Origin: an uncultured Methanosarcinaceae archaeon
GTDB lineage: Archaea > Halobacteriota > Methanosarcinia > Methanosarcinales > Methanosarcinaceae
DNA: 64,000 bases
Direction: 5' to 3'
Assembly: GCA_963763235.1 (NCBI GenBank)
Contig: CAVXNY010000007.1
Span: 4,828 to 68,827, forward strand
This document shows, in pieces, positions 43,145 through 53,653 of the stretch. The notes under the pieces are model-generated. The model made no database searches. It saw nothing but the letters and a program-made list of their open reading frames with translations, and was not told the DNA's origin. The translations under genes and the position numbers were made by a program. Numbering within the stretch: position 1 is the stretch's first letter; each line of letters starts with the position of its first letter.

Positions 43145-44098
43145 ATGTACAGACTCGAACTTGTGAAAAGAAACGTTCAGGAAATTGTAACAGAAGAAGA
43201 ACTTGAAAAACTTCTTAACAAAAAAGAAGCTCCACATGCCTATGTAGGATATGAGCCAAGCGGAAAAATCCATATGGGACATGTTCTTACAGTAAATAAG
43301 CTAATTGATTTGCAAAAAGCTGGATTCAAGGTCATTGTACTGCTTGCAGATGTACATGCTTACCTGAATAGAAAAGGCACACTTGAAGAAGTCCGGAAAA
43401 TTGCAGACTATAACAGACGCTGCTTTGTTGCTCTCGGACTTGATGCAAAGAAAACTGATTTTGTATATGGTTCAAATTATCAGTTTGGAGCCGAGTACAT
43501 GTTAAATGTTCTCAAGCTTTCAAGGGCAGTAACCCTTAATAGGGCGCGTAGGAGCATGGATGAAGTTGGGCGTGCTATGGATGACCCCACGGTCTCCCAG
43601 ATGGTATACCCCCTGATGCAGGCTGTTGACATTGCGATGCTCGAAGTTGATGTTGCTGTTGGTGGTATTGATCAGCGGAAAATCCATATGCTTGCCCGCG
43701 AAAACTTAAAAAGTATTGGATTCAAAACACCTGTCTGCATTCACACACCAATTCTCATAGGATTAGACGGAACAAAGATGTCTTCTTCAAAGGATAATTT
43801 CATTTCAGTGGACGATACTGGAGAAGAGATTTACAGAAAGTTTAAGAAAGCCTACTGTAAAATAGGAGACTTGGAAAACAATCCGACTCTTGCTATTTTA
43901 CGCTATCATATTTTTCCCAGATATGAGACGGTTGTTATAGAGAGACCTGAAAAGTTCGGTGGGAACCTGATATACACCAGTTACTACGAAATGGAGAATG
44001 ATTTTGTAGCAGAAAAAGTACATCCTATGGACCTGAAAAATGCAGCTGCAAAATACATAGATAAGATTCTGGAACCAGTTAGAAATGTCCTACTATGA
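43145..44098 (+). CDS. tyrS: Tyrosine--tRNA ligase (archaeal)
   Basis: YVGYEPSGKIHMGH, LLADVHAYLN, YPLMQAVD, GGIDQRKIHML, KMSSS, HPMDLK. Confidence 0.97.
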   Translation: MYRLELVKRNVQEIVTEEELEKLLNKKEAPHAYVGYEPSGKIHMGHVLTVNKLIDLQKAGFKVIVLLADVHAYLNRKGTLEEVRKIADYNRRCFVALGLDAKKTDFVYGSNYQFGAEYMLNVLKLSRAVTLNRARRSMDEVGRAMDDPTVSQMVYPLMQAVDIAMLEVDVAVGGIDQRKIHMLARENLKSIGFKTPVCIHTPILIGLDGTKMSSSKDNFISVDDTGEEIYRKFKKAYCKIGDLENNPTLAILRYHIFPRYETVVIERPEKFGGNLIYTSYYEMENDFVAEKVHPMDLKNAAAKYIDKILEPVRNVLL

Positions 44099-44180
44099 AA
44101 AGATATAGTTGGCTGAGAAGTTCTTGGCTATATGATGAAAGTAAGGATTAAAACATGTGAGAATTTAGATTATTCCACGA

Positions 44181-44739
44181 ATTATTTTTATACGTGTCTC
44201 AACCGAGAATTTCTAAGTCTCAACAATCATTCTCTTTTTATTTCTCTTTTCTAAGCCCGTTTTCATCTTCGTATATCTCGTAATTTGTAACCAGATGCTA
44301 TATAATTGGGGAAATTTCCCTTGCTAGAGCAATATTGTCTTTGCATGTCCAATTGATTTCTTCTTTCGGTTAAAAAATTCTTTTAATTTGCTATTTTTCT
44401 TCCTTGCTGCTTCCTGAGCAATTTCTGTTAGAATCCACCTTGCTACTTTTGATCCTCTTTTTGTGATTATCCAGTTATAGAATTTTATCCATGGATTGGG
44501 TACATTCGGAACAACTCCAAGCTATGAAGCAAGCTTATCTACTTGATAAAAATCCTTGAAATTGCTTGTTACAGCAATTAGAGTTAATGTGTCAATTTTT
44601 CCAATACCTAAGACATACATTAAAATTTCGATCTCACTTTTATGCTTTCCAAAAGCATAGTTGAGAATTTCTTTATCCAAACCTGCACTTTCATAATCAA
44701 GACATTTTATAAAATTCAGACATGTCTGAAGCCTAGCTA
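44181..44739 (-). mobile_element. IS110-family transposase 3' remnant (copy 2)
   Basis: Colinear with 9638..10199, including both boundaries. Confidence 0.85.
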
Positions 44740-45171
44740 CAAAGCTATGAGATATTTCTATATCCAGAATCTATCAAAATAAGGAGAGTTTTATTATGAA
44801 TATTTGTAGAAATATTTTTTATTATTTGGTCAAGTATCTCATCTGAATAGATAATTGATATACTTCTTTTGCCATCTTTATTATAAATCTCTATATTAAT
44901 ACATCATTTTGATCAAACATTTTAGTTTCAAGAACCAAAGATGTTTATTTTTAATAACTTTCTTCTTTGTACAAGTCTGAGAATCGGAATTTATGAATTA
45001 AATGTTTTGATATTTTGGGAAAACTTTTGATGGCTGAATCGTATATTATTAAGTGCAAATTGTACAATAAATTCTAAATCACTTTCTCTGTCTTTTCATG
45101 TGTAAAAACCTTCATATTTCGTGCATTTCCAACTATAATTTTCAGATGCTTTATCAATGAATTGGTAGTGT

Positions 45172-45270
45172 ACAAAAGTTCTGTAAAATATAACAGGATG
45201 CAGAGCTAATAGTTTTATTGACAAATATTATGTTTCTATTGTCCTCACTGATAAATATGTTTTATAGTAA
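45172..45270. repeat. Dispersed intergenic repeat family D (representative copy)
   Basis: CAAAAGTTCTGTAAAATATAACAGGATGCAGAGCTAATAGTTTT..TGACAAA; related copies near 1950-2030, 30580-30700, 46730-46860, 50750-50860, 52630-52680, 53060-53105, 53310-53390 and 54410-54460. Confidence 0.6.
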
Positions 45271-45827
45271 ACCTATGATATCTTTAAAATCAACTTTCTA
45301 TTATGATTTTTTTGTACTGTTACACTAGTCATAAGCTTAAGAGGATTGAGAGACGCAAATCAACTTGATTTTAAACAAACTCGTTTTTTTGAACAATTAC
45401 AGTTATGCATTTGGTTGATATTTTTAAGGTTAAGTTTCCAGCCTAACGAATGCTTGGTTTTAATTTATTGAAACATATCTTTTCCCACTTCACATAGATG
45501 TGGAATAAAAAAAGCTGAGAAAGGGGATTAAGAGTATTCTAGAAACAATACCAACCAAATAACATAGAAATACAATTGTATATCATCGAATTTTATTCAA
45601 TATAGTTTCTTATTTATATTTCTTATATTTTTATATTATTTGGATGGTAGTAAACAGCAGGGCAATTTAAATCACTTTTCATTGGCATATGCTGTGAAAA
45701 TATAATTTATTGATAATTTAAGGCCATGCACAATTGGATTTCCATCCAATTTATTTTGGAATTTAACTATATAAATCCTAATATGGTTAGGAATATATAA
45801 AGTTGAACAAAATATGAATGTACATAA

Positions 45828-46033
45828 ATAAAAAAACAAATATTTGATAGACTAAAAAAGATACAGATTTTATTATTGTTATTTTTCGTTGTATTATCAT
45901 TGATAGCTGGGTCATCTAGCGCCGAATTATATGGTCCCCATGACCATCATTCATATGATCACCATGGACATGATCACTATCTTGATACTACCCTGACTGT
46001 GAGTGGGATCCTTACTACAGTGATTGTGAATAG
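45828..46033 (+). pseudogene. Small secreted His-rich peptide, damaged (ATA in place of start; frameshift)
   Basis: (I)KKQIFDRLKKIQILLLLFFVVLSLIAGSSSA-ELYGPHDHHSYDHHGHDHY, then shifted YYPDCEWDPYYSDCE*. Signal peptide homologous to those at 32548 and 52251. Confidence 0.6.
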
Positions 46034-46275
46034 AGATTTAATGGTAATAATGAAAAAAACTGTAAAAATTAAAAAATGTAACTAAAATGTAGATATGGAG
46101 CTTTAAAAGTTTTGATATCTTCTACAAACAATAATAATATCAACATCACTTAGATAAGTTACTAAATATATTTTTTAAGTAGAAAGGTTTACTTTGTAGA
46201 GTGAAGTATTATTAATTTGTGTTTTTGTAGTTATTTTTTAGCATTAATATCTGAACAAACATCGAGAGACGGAAA

Positions 46276-46596
46276 ATGAACGAAGCTAAATGTGATAAAG
46301 CAAGTCGAAGGCATACCATCATAAAGGCTTTAGGAATCACTGTGTTTGAGTTTTTAATCCTAGTGAGTATCGCAGTCGTGGGGGAATCTTCAAATGTTTT
46401 GCAATCTTCAAATGCTTGGGTTCATAAAGGAAACGAGTTACTGAGCTCAGCCAAGTTCAATGAAGCACTAGCAGCTTATGACAAAGCAATTGAAATTAAC
46501 CCGAAAAACGAAGATGCTTGGCTCCATAAAGCAGCTCATCTACTGAGCTCAGAAAAGTACAATGAAGCACTAGAAGCGTATGATAAAGTAATTTAA
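46276..46596 (+). pseudogene. Truncated TPR protein; inverted paralog of 48972..50063
   Basis: GESSNVLQSSNAWVHKGNELLSSAKFNEALAAYDKAIEINP identical to the paralog; stop where E is expected (TAA ATT AAC CCG). Confidence 0.8.
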
Positions 46597-47356
46597 ATTA
46601 ACCCGCAATTCAGAAGCTTAGCACAATAAAAGAACTTTTTCTAAATAAAATAAATCTGATGATAGATGGATGATACAATAAGGGAACTCTATTTAAATAG
46701 ATTAAATAAATCATATTTGTGTGGACAGTAGCTAAAGTTCTGTAAAATATGACTTGCTCCTTATCCTTTTCTTTCCTGCAAAAAGTAGGATTCAGAGCTA
46801 ATAGTTTTTACTGACGAAGCTTATGTTTTTATTCTTTTCACTGATACATAGGTTTATATAGCAAAAATCTATGCATTAATGAACCAAGAAAAAACTTTGT
46901 CAGCATAACCATTGATTTTACATCCTGCTCTTTTTATTGGAGTCTCACGACAACAAATTGGAGATTATTTGTTCTTTTCTGAATTTTTGATTGACTTCAG
47001 CCAATTGCAAGTTAAATCAGTTGTATATTTTGGCGATTCCAGAAGATATTAAAAAATATACTAAATTAGAAAAATAGCAAGTTCAGATTGTTCAATGATC
47101 CAAAGACACACTAGAATTTGATATGAAATTAAACTGCATTGCTTTATTAGAAGGAATGCTATGCAAAATTTAGGAATTTATTTAGAAATAAAAAAACATT
47201 ATTAATATTAAATTGTTTTTCAATATTAAAATCTTTTATGTAGAAGTAACTTTTTTTCCGAGACAATTTTTTGAACAATTAATTAAAAATAATTTAGATA
47301 TTTGTTTATATGTCAACAAAAATTAAGAGATCAAAAGCAGAAAAGGAGATTGATTA

Positions 47357-47845
47357 ATGGCAACTTTAACAGTTCTGAAGTTTGATACCGCTGATGGTGC
47401 GAAAAATGAACTTAAAGTAATTGAGGATTTAAGTAAGCAGCAAATGATTAAGCTACAAGATGCGGCTATAGTCACCTGGGTTAAAGGAAACAAGAAGCCA
47501 AAAACTGAGCACTTGACTCATTTAACTCGCATAGGTGCACTGAGTGGCGCTTTTTGGGGTTTACTATTTGGTATTCTCTTCTTTATTCCTTTGGTTGGTC
47601 TAGTCGCAGGGGCGGCGCTAGGGGCGCTAGTCGGTTCAATGACCCATATGGGAGTCGATGAAGATTTTATAAAATCTATCCGTAGCAAAGTGACTGAAGG
47701 AACTTCAGCTCTATTTCTTATGACTAGCGATGCCGTTGAGGATAGGGTAGTAGAAGCTATGAAACAATCCAAGTTTGAAATCATTGCTACCAACCTGTCC
47801 AAGGAAGAAGAAGGCAAACTGCGTGCAGCCTTTGCTGAAGAATAA
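47357..47845 (+). CDS. DUF1269 family membrane protein
   Basis: MATLTVLKF, LQDAAIV, GALSGAFWGLLFGILF..P..G...GA, GVDEDFI, GTSALF, TNLS.EEE; AGGAG RBS. Confidence 0.9.
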   Translation: MATLTVLKFDTADGAKNELKVIEDLSKQQMIKLQDAAIVTWVKGNKKPKTEHLTHLTRIGALSGAFWGLLFGILFFIPLVGLVAGAALGALVGSMTHMGVDEDFIKSIRSKVTEGTSALFLMTSDAVEDRVVEAMKQSKFEIIATNLSKEEEGKLRAAFAEE

Positions 47846-48059
47846 ACTTCGCCGAAAAAGAAATCAGTTTATACCAGAGAGTTAACTTTCTGGAAACATT
47901 TTAGCTTTTGCAGAATTTATAATTAGGCCTTTAAAATATAGGATTTGATCTAAATTAATATAAATTCTTTTTTAGAAAAAAAATCTATAGTTGACATTCG
48001 GAAAGTCCAGTAAATGATCTAACAAAGTGCGTGCAGACGAAGTATATTAGCGATATAAA

Positions 48060-48199
48060 CGGCATTCTGCAGATATATAAAGTTATGGAATTTGGTTGCC
48101 AATTTGCTACTATTATTCATTGAAAGTTAGATTAATTTTTAAGCTACTGTCGTATTGAGAAAACAAATGGCACTTTTGTGGAATTCAGCGGGAATTGGG
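48060..48199. mobile_element. MITE family A, copy 6
   Basis: Core ATTCATTGAAAGTTAGATTAATTTTTAAGCTACTGTCGTATTGAGAAAA. Confidence 0.75.
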
Positions 48200-48490
48200 T
48201 TCAAAGTAAGTTTGATAATTCATAGAAAAAAATAATTCGACCCTAGACTTTAAGCATAAGAAATGAAACTATTTAAATGCTGTAATGTTTATTATTGCGT
48301 TTATTCACAGTACTTCTGAAAAATACAAAAATTTATCTTTATTAACATCGGTTTATATAATAATAAGTAATATTATGTTATAGGGTATCTGAGATAAACT
48401 CTTTTGTTTCCCCAATTAATATTATCCTCCACTCCACAATCTCAAAAAAGATGCCTATTTACTCTTTTGAACTTATTTTTCTCACATTCA

Positions 48491-48607
48491 TAGGACTTAT
48501 GCGGTTGAATTGGAAAACAACAACAGTAATTATTCAACTGTCTAAATTTTAATAATTCTGCTCAGGCTTCATGTGCTTGATTTTATATATCAATCGCGTA
48601 ACTCCTA
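48491..48607. mobile_element. MITE family C copy
   Basis: TAGGACTTATGCGGTTGAA...TCAATCGCGTAACTCCTA. Confidence 0.7.
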
Positions 48608-48971
48608 GTTCTTTAAAGTCTGCAGGAGAGGGACAATTTTATAATTCTAAGCTTAGCTGGAAAAAAACTCTAATTTTCTGAAGGTTTTACTGAACCATAT
48701 TACATTTAAATATTAGACAAAAGATTTTGAGAAAGAACCAAAAAAGCGTTTTTTATATTCTTTTCTATGCATAGTTTTATGTGGAGAACCCGATGTGTTT
48801 TTTATTCTTCAACCAAAATTATAGTACATTGTTACCTGATTATGCTGGAAATGCATATTTTTTATTAAAATATATGTTGTGTCAAAAAGCCAAAAAGTTA
48901 CTTTATTTATCTTGTGAAGGATTAAAAATAAATAAAAATTAAGTAATATTTAATCTACAAATTTGATTTAT

Positions 48972-50063
48972 TTAATTTATGTTATAATTTTTTTTAGCTG
49001 CCAAGGCTATTGAATACATCGGGTTAATTTTAATTGCTTTTTCATATGCTTTTATTGCTTCTTCATGCTTGTTTAAATTATCAAGAGCAAGCCCTTTACC
49101 TTCCCAGGCTATTGAATTCTGTGAGTTAACTTCAATTGCTTTGTCAAATGATTTTATTGCTTCATCGGGTTTATTTAAATCATTTAGAGCATCTCCTTTA
49201 GCGGCCCAGGTTATTGAATCCATTGGGTTAATTTCAATTGCTTTTTCATATGCTTTTATTGCTTCTTTATGTTTATTTAAACTATCAAGAGCAAGTCCTT
49301 TACCTTCCCAGGCTGTTGAGTCCAATGGGTTAATTTCAATTGCTTTTTCATATGCTTTTATTGCTTCGTCATACTTATTTAAATTGTTAAGAGCATGTCC
49401 TTTATTGGACCAAGCCATTGAGTCCAATGGATTAATTTCAATTGCTTTTTCATATGCTTTTATTGCTTCCTCATGCTTATTTAAATTATCAAGAGCAAGT
49501 CCTTTACCTTCCCAAGCTATTGAATTCTGTGAGTTAATTTCAATTGCTTTGTCAAATACTTTTATTGCTTCATCGTATTTATCTAATTTATATAGAGCAA
49601 GTCCTTTACCATCCCAAGCTATTGAATTCTGCGAGTTAATTTCAATTGCTTTGTCATAAGCTGCTAGTGCTTCATCGTATTTATTTAATTCATATAGAGC
49701 AAGTCCTTTGCCATCCCAGGCTATTGAATTCTGCGGGTCAACTTCAATTGCTTTGTTAAATGTTTTTATTGCTTCATCATATCTGCCTGATCGGCCTAAA
49801 TAAAGTCCTTTATTGTTCCAAGCCGTTGAATTTTGCGGGTTAATTTCAATTGCTTTGTCATAAGCTGCTAGTGCTTCATTGAACTTGGCTGAGCTCAGTA
49901 ACTCGTTTCCTTTATGAACCCAAGCATTTGAAGATTGCAAAACATTTGAAGATTCCCCCGCGACTGCGATACTCACTAGGATTAAAAGTGCCGACAAAGT
50001 GATTCCGAAAGCCGTTATGATGGTATGCCTTCGAATTGCTTTATCATATATCGCTTTTTTCAT
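48972..50063 (-). CDS. Secreted/membrane-anchored TPR repeat protein (~9 TPRs)
   Basis: N-terminal hydrophobic segment; 34-aa repeats AW.GKG.AL..LNK..EAIK.Y.KAIEINP. Confidence 0.93.
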   Translation of the reverse strand: MKKAIYDKAIRRHTIITAFGITLSALLILVSIAVAGESSNVLQSSNAWVHKGNELLSSAKFNEALAAYDKAIEINPQNSTAWNNKGLYLGRSGRYDEAIKTFNKAIEVDPQNSIAWDGKGLALYELNKYDEALAAYDKAIEINSQNSIAWDGKGLALYKLDKYDEAIKVFDKAIEINSQNSIAWEGKGLALDNLNKHEEAIKAYEKAIEINPLDSMAWSNKGHALNNLNKYDEAIKAYEKAIEINPLDSTAWEGKGLALDSLNKHKEAIKAYEKAIEINPMDSITWAAKGDALNDLNKPDEAIKSFDKAIEVNSQNSIAWEGKGLALDNLNKHEEAIKAYEKAIKINPMYSIALAAKKNYNIN

Positions 50064-50122
50064 TTTCAGCTTCCGGATGTTTGTTCAGATATTAATGATA
50101 AAAAATCACTACAACTTACTAT

Positions 50123-50210
50123 AGAAAATGTCAATAAACTACTTATTTTTACGAGTTATTTATATACCATCCATAAACGAATGATAAGATTTAGAAGTTT
50201 AACGATTTTT
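50123..50210. mobile_element. MITE family B, copy 4
   Basis: CTTATTTTTACGAGTTATTTATATACCATCCATAA..ATGATAA.ATTTAG.AGTTT, colinear with 6287..6376. Confidence 0.65.
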
Positions 50211-50396
50211 TTATAATTATATATAAAAAATTATAAGATCGTTTGCATATTATTTTTTTGAAGTATGTATAACAGTTGCAAGTTTGGGTTTGAATAAATA
50301 AATACTCAAAACAACTAGAAGGTTGATAAGTGCATGGAATATTAAAAGAGCTGAAAAAGGAATCTCAGACATAATTTAAAATATTTAATCGCCTAA

Positions 50397-50508
50397 TTTC
50401 CAGGGCAATAAGGACATTCCTTAAGGTAATCGATATTGCCCTATTTCTTTTTTGAGGTTTCCGCAGCACTTATTATTTTGTCCTTCCTTGAAATTAATGG
50501 AAAATCAT
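50397..50508. repeat. ~110-bp repeat, inverted copy at 52764..52873
   Basis: TTCCAGGGCAATAAGGACATTCCTTAAGGTA...TTTTGTCCTTCCTTGAAATTAATGGAAAATCA, with its reverse complement at 52.8 kb. Confidence 0.75.
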
Positions 50509-50926
50509 TCCCTGTATTTACATTATCTATTGTTTTATTATTTACAACTCGTTTTAGATTGATCAAATGCCTTCTATATTAATACCATATGGATCAGTAC
50601 TCAAGCAAATAAGGAAACTGCTTTCAATACTTTTCTTTTATTCATATTTCCACGATCGTTACAATTTTTACGGGCCAACAAAGTTCCACCGCAAAAATTA
50701 GAATCTCAGAGTTTATGACTATATACTTGACTTTAAAACCCATTCACTAGGGAAAACAATGGATACAGAAGCTTTGTCAACAAAAATATAGGCTATGTAT
50801 TCTGTTTTTTGTGATGAAGTAAAGTGATACAGAGCCAATTAGAATTTAAAGATTTTGAGATACATTGTAATAAGAGCAGAGTTAATTTTAAAATTTAAAT
50901 ATATTATAGGTATATATACTCACTGG

Positions 50927-51169
50927 TTAGCAGGCCCATATCCACTGGTTTGTGTAAGGGTTCAGCACACAGTCACAGTTTGACCAGTATCTACTGCCAC
51001 TCCTTTCGCAGCTATCATCTGTCCATTTTCAGTGTCTACTGCTGCTCCTTTCGCAGCTTTTACCACAACAGGTTCTGTGCTTACTGCTGCAACTGTCACT
51101 GATACTACAAAAAATTATCAGCAAACTAGCCAGTACTTTTTTAATTCTACTGGATGATTGTTTCAACAT
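50927..51169 (-). pseudogene. Small secreted peptide pseudogene
   Basis: MLKQSSSRIKKVLASLLII / FVVSVTVAAVSTEPVVVKAAKGAAVD... / YWSNCDCVLNPYTNQWIWAC* across two frameshifts. Confidence 0.65.
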
Positions 51170-51332
51170 TCGGTTAGCTTCTTTTTTATTAAGTTAGATC
51201 TAATTTTAATTCGGTTAGAACTTACACAGTTGAGCTAAGAAAACATACTATTGACAAAATTGGAATTGTCCTTCCAAATCTCGGTTATTTGTCATCTGCT
51301 TATCTAGATTTGAGCATTACGATGTGATTCGA

Positions 51333-51500
51333 ATACCCCGCAGCAAGCTGCGGGGATGGAAACTTCCAAGGTAACCGTTAGTTAAAATAACTAATTTATA
51401 CCCGTAATCCCTTTTGTACTGTAGATGGAATTAAGATATGCAAACCACTGTGTTTACAAAATTAGGTATCTCAGGGCTTTTTTTGTATGAAATACCGGAA
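51333..51500 (+). mobile_element. IS200/IS605 left end with tnpA 5' remnant (copy 2)
   Basis: Hairpin CCCCGCAG-CAAG-CTGCGGGG; ATG 51425 gives MELRYANHCVYKIRY. Confidence 0.7.
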
Positions 51501-51849
51501 AAAAATTTTGAGAAATTTATTTACAGCGCTGGCGTGAACATACGCCGCTGATTGCAGCAGGATGCGTCAGCGCAGTTTTGATAAGGGAGTCTTACTTAGG
51601 TGACTATAAAAGAGTCTTATTGCTTATGTAATCCTACTCAAATTGTACAAAAAAACACTAGTGATATTTATGTACACTAAGAGTAAGACTCTTAACTTCA
51701 ATGAATTTATACACTTGATGAAATATAAAATCAAATTCAACGGACGTTGTTATTTAATTTGATATTTCAGACAGTTTAAGGTATACGGCTTATGACATTT
51801 TCAGTTCAACCGTATCAGTCCTATATTTTTTTGTTTATCAATGATATGG

Positions 51850-52251
51850 TTACCTGTCACCTCCATCTCTGTAATGGTCCCTGTCTCCATCTCTGTAATG
51901 GTCCCTGTCTCCATCTCTGTAATGGTCCCTGTCTCCATCTCTGTAATGGTCCCTGTCTCCATCTCTGTAATGGTCCCTGTCTCCATCTCTGTAATGGTCC
52001 CTGTCTCCATCTCTGTAATGGTCCCTGTCTCCATCTCTGTAATGGTCCCTGTTGTCTCCATTACCGATTCCTGGGTTGTTATTAGAGTTGCTTGTTTTGG
52101 TGGTCCCGGAGCCTGGATTCTTTTGCTTGTTCTTTGTGTCGGTAGTTCCAGGAGCTGCATTTACTACTGCAACTGTTATTGAAATTACAAAAAAGATTAC
52201 TATTAAAATACTCAGTATCTTTTTTGTCTTATCAAATGTTTGTTTTCCCAT
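51850..52251 (-). CDS. Secreted protein with (RDHYRDGD)x8 tail
   Basis: Signal peptide MGKQTFDKTKKILSILIVIFFVISITVAVVNA; AGGTG RBS; repeat in frame. Confidence 0.8.
   Translation of the reverse strand: MGKQTFDKTKKILSILIVIFFVISITVAVVNAAPGTTDTKNKQKNPGSGTTKTSNSNNNPGIGNGDNRDHYRDGDRDHYRDGDRDHYRDGDRDHYRDGDRDHYRDGDRDHYRDGDRDHYRDGDRDHYRDGGDR
51861..52052. repeat. Perfect tandem repeat, 24 bp x 8
   Basis: Unit CTCCATCTCTGTAATGGTCCCTGT, no spacers. Confidence 0.97.
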
Positions 52252-53119
52252 TTATTATACACCTATTTTTACTCAATTGGATACAATTTTAAGGCTGCTG
52301 GCTTTTAAATAACCGCATCATCAGAAGTACTGAATTATTAGTTTACCAATTAATCATCTAAATTTATCTCTGAAAGGATGTGGTGTTGTAAATTCTATTA
52401 TCATTTTATGTGCTGATGATGTACATGCTTGATGATGTTTATTTTTGCCACCGTAATTATTTTAAATTAATGATACGAAAAAAAGTTTCTAAACGAAAAA
52501 TAATGCCGCATTAAATATTTCACAGTCAAATAGCAATTAAATATTAATAATGATTTTTAAAGCATATACATTGAAATACCAATTTTGTAAGCTTACTAAT
52601 TGGCTATTAACCCTGTTTTTGTGGTGAAGAAACATGATGCAGAGTCGATCTAAATTTCTGTAAATTCTAATTGATTCTGTATACCCTTGGGTGCACAGAT
52701 TTTAATTTAAGACTTATGCAGCAATGGAAAAATAAGAAATAGAATATTTGTCAGTAAAACTATTGATTTTCCATTAATTTCAAGGAAGGACAAAATAATA
52801 AGTAATGCAGAAGACTCAAAAAAGAAATAGGGCAATATAGATACCTTAAGGAATGTCATTATTGCCCTGGAAATTCGGTGACCAACCCTTTTAGTTTATG
52901 AATGAATATTATATCTATCAACATGAAGTTAACAACAATAAAATATTGTTTATGTAGTTAGTGAGACGATCAACCCGATGCTTTAAAGCTTATTTTTCCC
53001 TAACTTTTAACTTTTTCTGCTAACTAACTGAACAATCCCTATTTTACATTGGGAAGAAAAAGATACAGAATCAACCACACTTTACAGAACTTTCGGTACA
53101 CTGCCAGAACTATATAATT

Positions 53120-53275
53120 ATTATTTCCTTCTTTTTCTATTTACGATGGTTGTTTGGGTTAATTAGTTCCAAGTGTTCCATGAGCTCCATATGCTCCATA
53201 TGCTCTATGAGTTTCATAAGATCCAGGAGTCATAGATCAGTTACCTTTTCTTATTTCAAATGGAACTTAGGAAAC
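53120..53275. repeat. ~150-bp repeat, inverted copy at ~57145..57280
   Basis: GAGTCATAGATCAG...TTTTCTTATTTC..ATGGAACT.AGGAAA versus TTTCCTCAGTTCCATACGAAATAAGAAAA...CTGATCTATGACTC. Confidence 0.6.
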
Positions 53276-53389
53276 TAAGAGCTTTTGATACAAAAACTCT
53301 GTATAAGTGAAGACAATAAAGATAGATGCGTTGGCAGTATAACCATTACCTCTGAACCCGGTTATATTTTACAAAATTTTTGATACACT

Positions 53390-53540
53390 GTTAATTGCTT
53401 TTTCATAGATTTTTATTACTTCATCAGGTTTATTTAAACTAGAGAAATTGTTGCTGCCACTGTTCAGAATATCTGCGAATGGCGCAACGTCTGTAATAAT
53501 CACTCGGATTAAAAGAAAAAATGCCGAAGACAGAGAATTT
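53390..53540 (-). pseudogene. Remnant signal peptide + single TPR module
   Basis: SVFGIFLLIRVIITDVAPFADILNSGSNNFSSLNKPDEVIKIYEKAIN; homologous to 60720..60850. Confidence 0.55.
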
Positions 53541-53653
53541 TAACTATTCTGGTTATCAAAAAATTATTAGCCGTTTTTAAAAGACTTAAAATAAATATTT
53601 TTGAAACCAATTGCAATTCGAATCCCAGTTCTCTATGCGCCTTTGTAAAGCTC

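Noticed and set aside
49069-49659. 196-aa plus-strand ORF
   Set aside because: Antisense shadow of the TPR repeats; the same applies to most short ORFs opposite long genes.
51861-52052. 24-bp repeat array as CRISPR
   Set aside because: Units are contiguous with no spacers, lie in frame in a signal-peptide ORF, and there are no cas genes.
51792-52182. Alternative-frame repeat ORFs (CLHLCNGP, VSISVMVP, METGTITE)
   Set aside because: By-products of the 24-nt periodicity; only the RDHYRDGD frame has an RBS and a family signal peptide.
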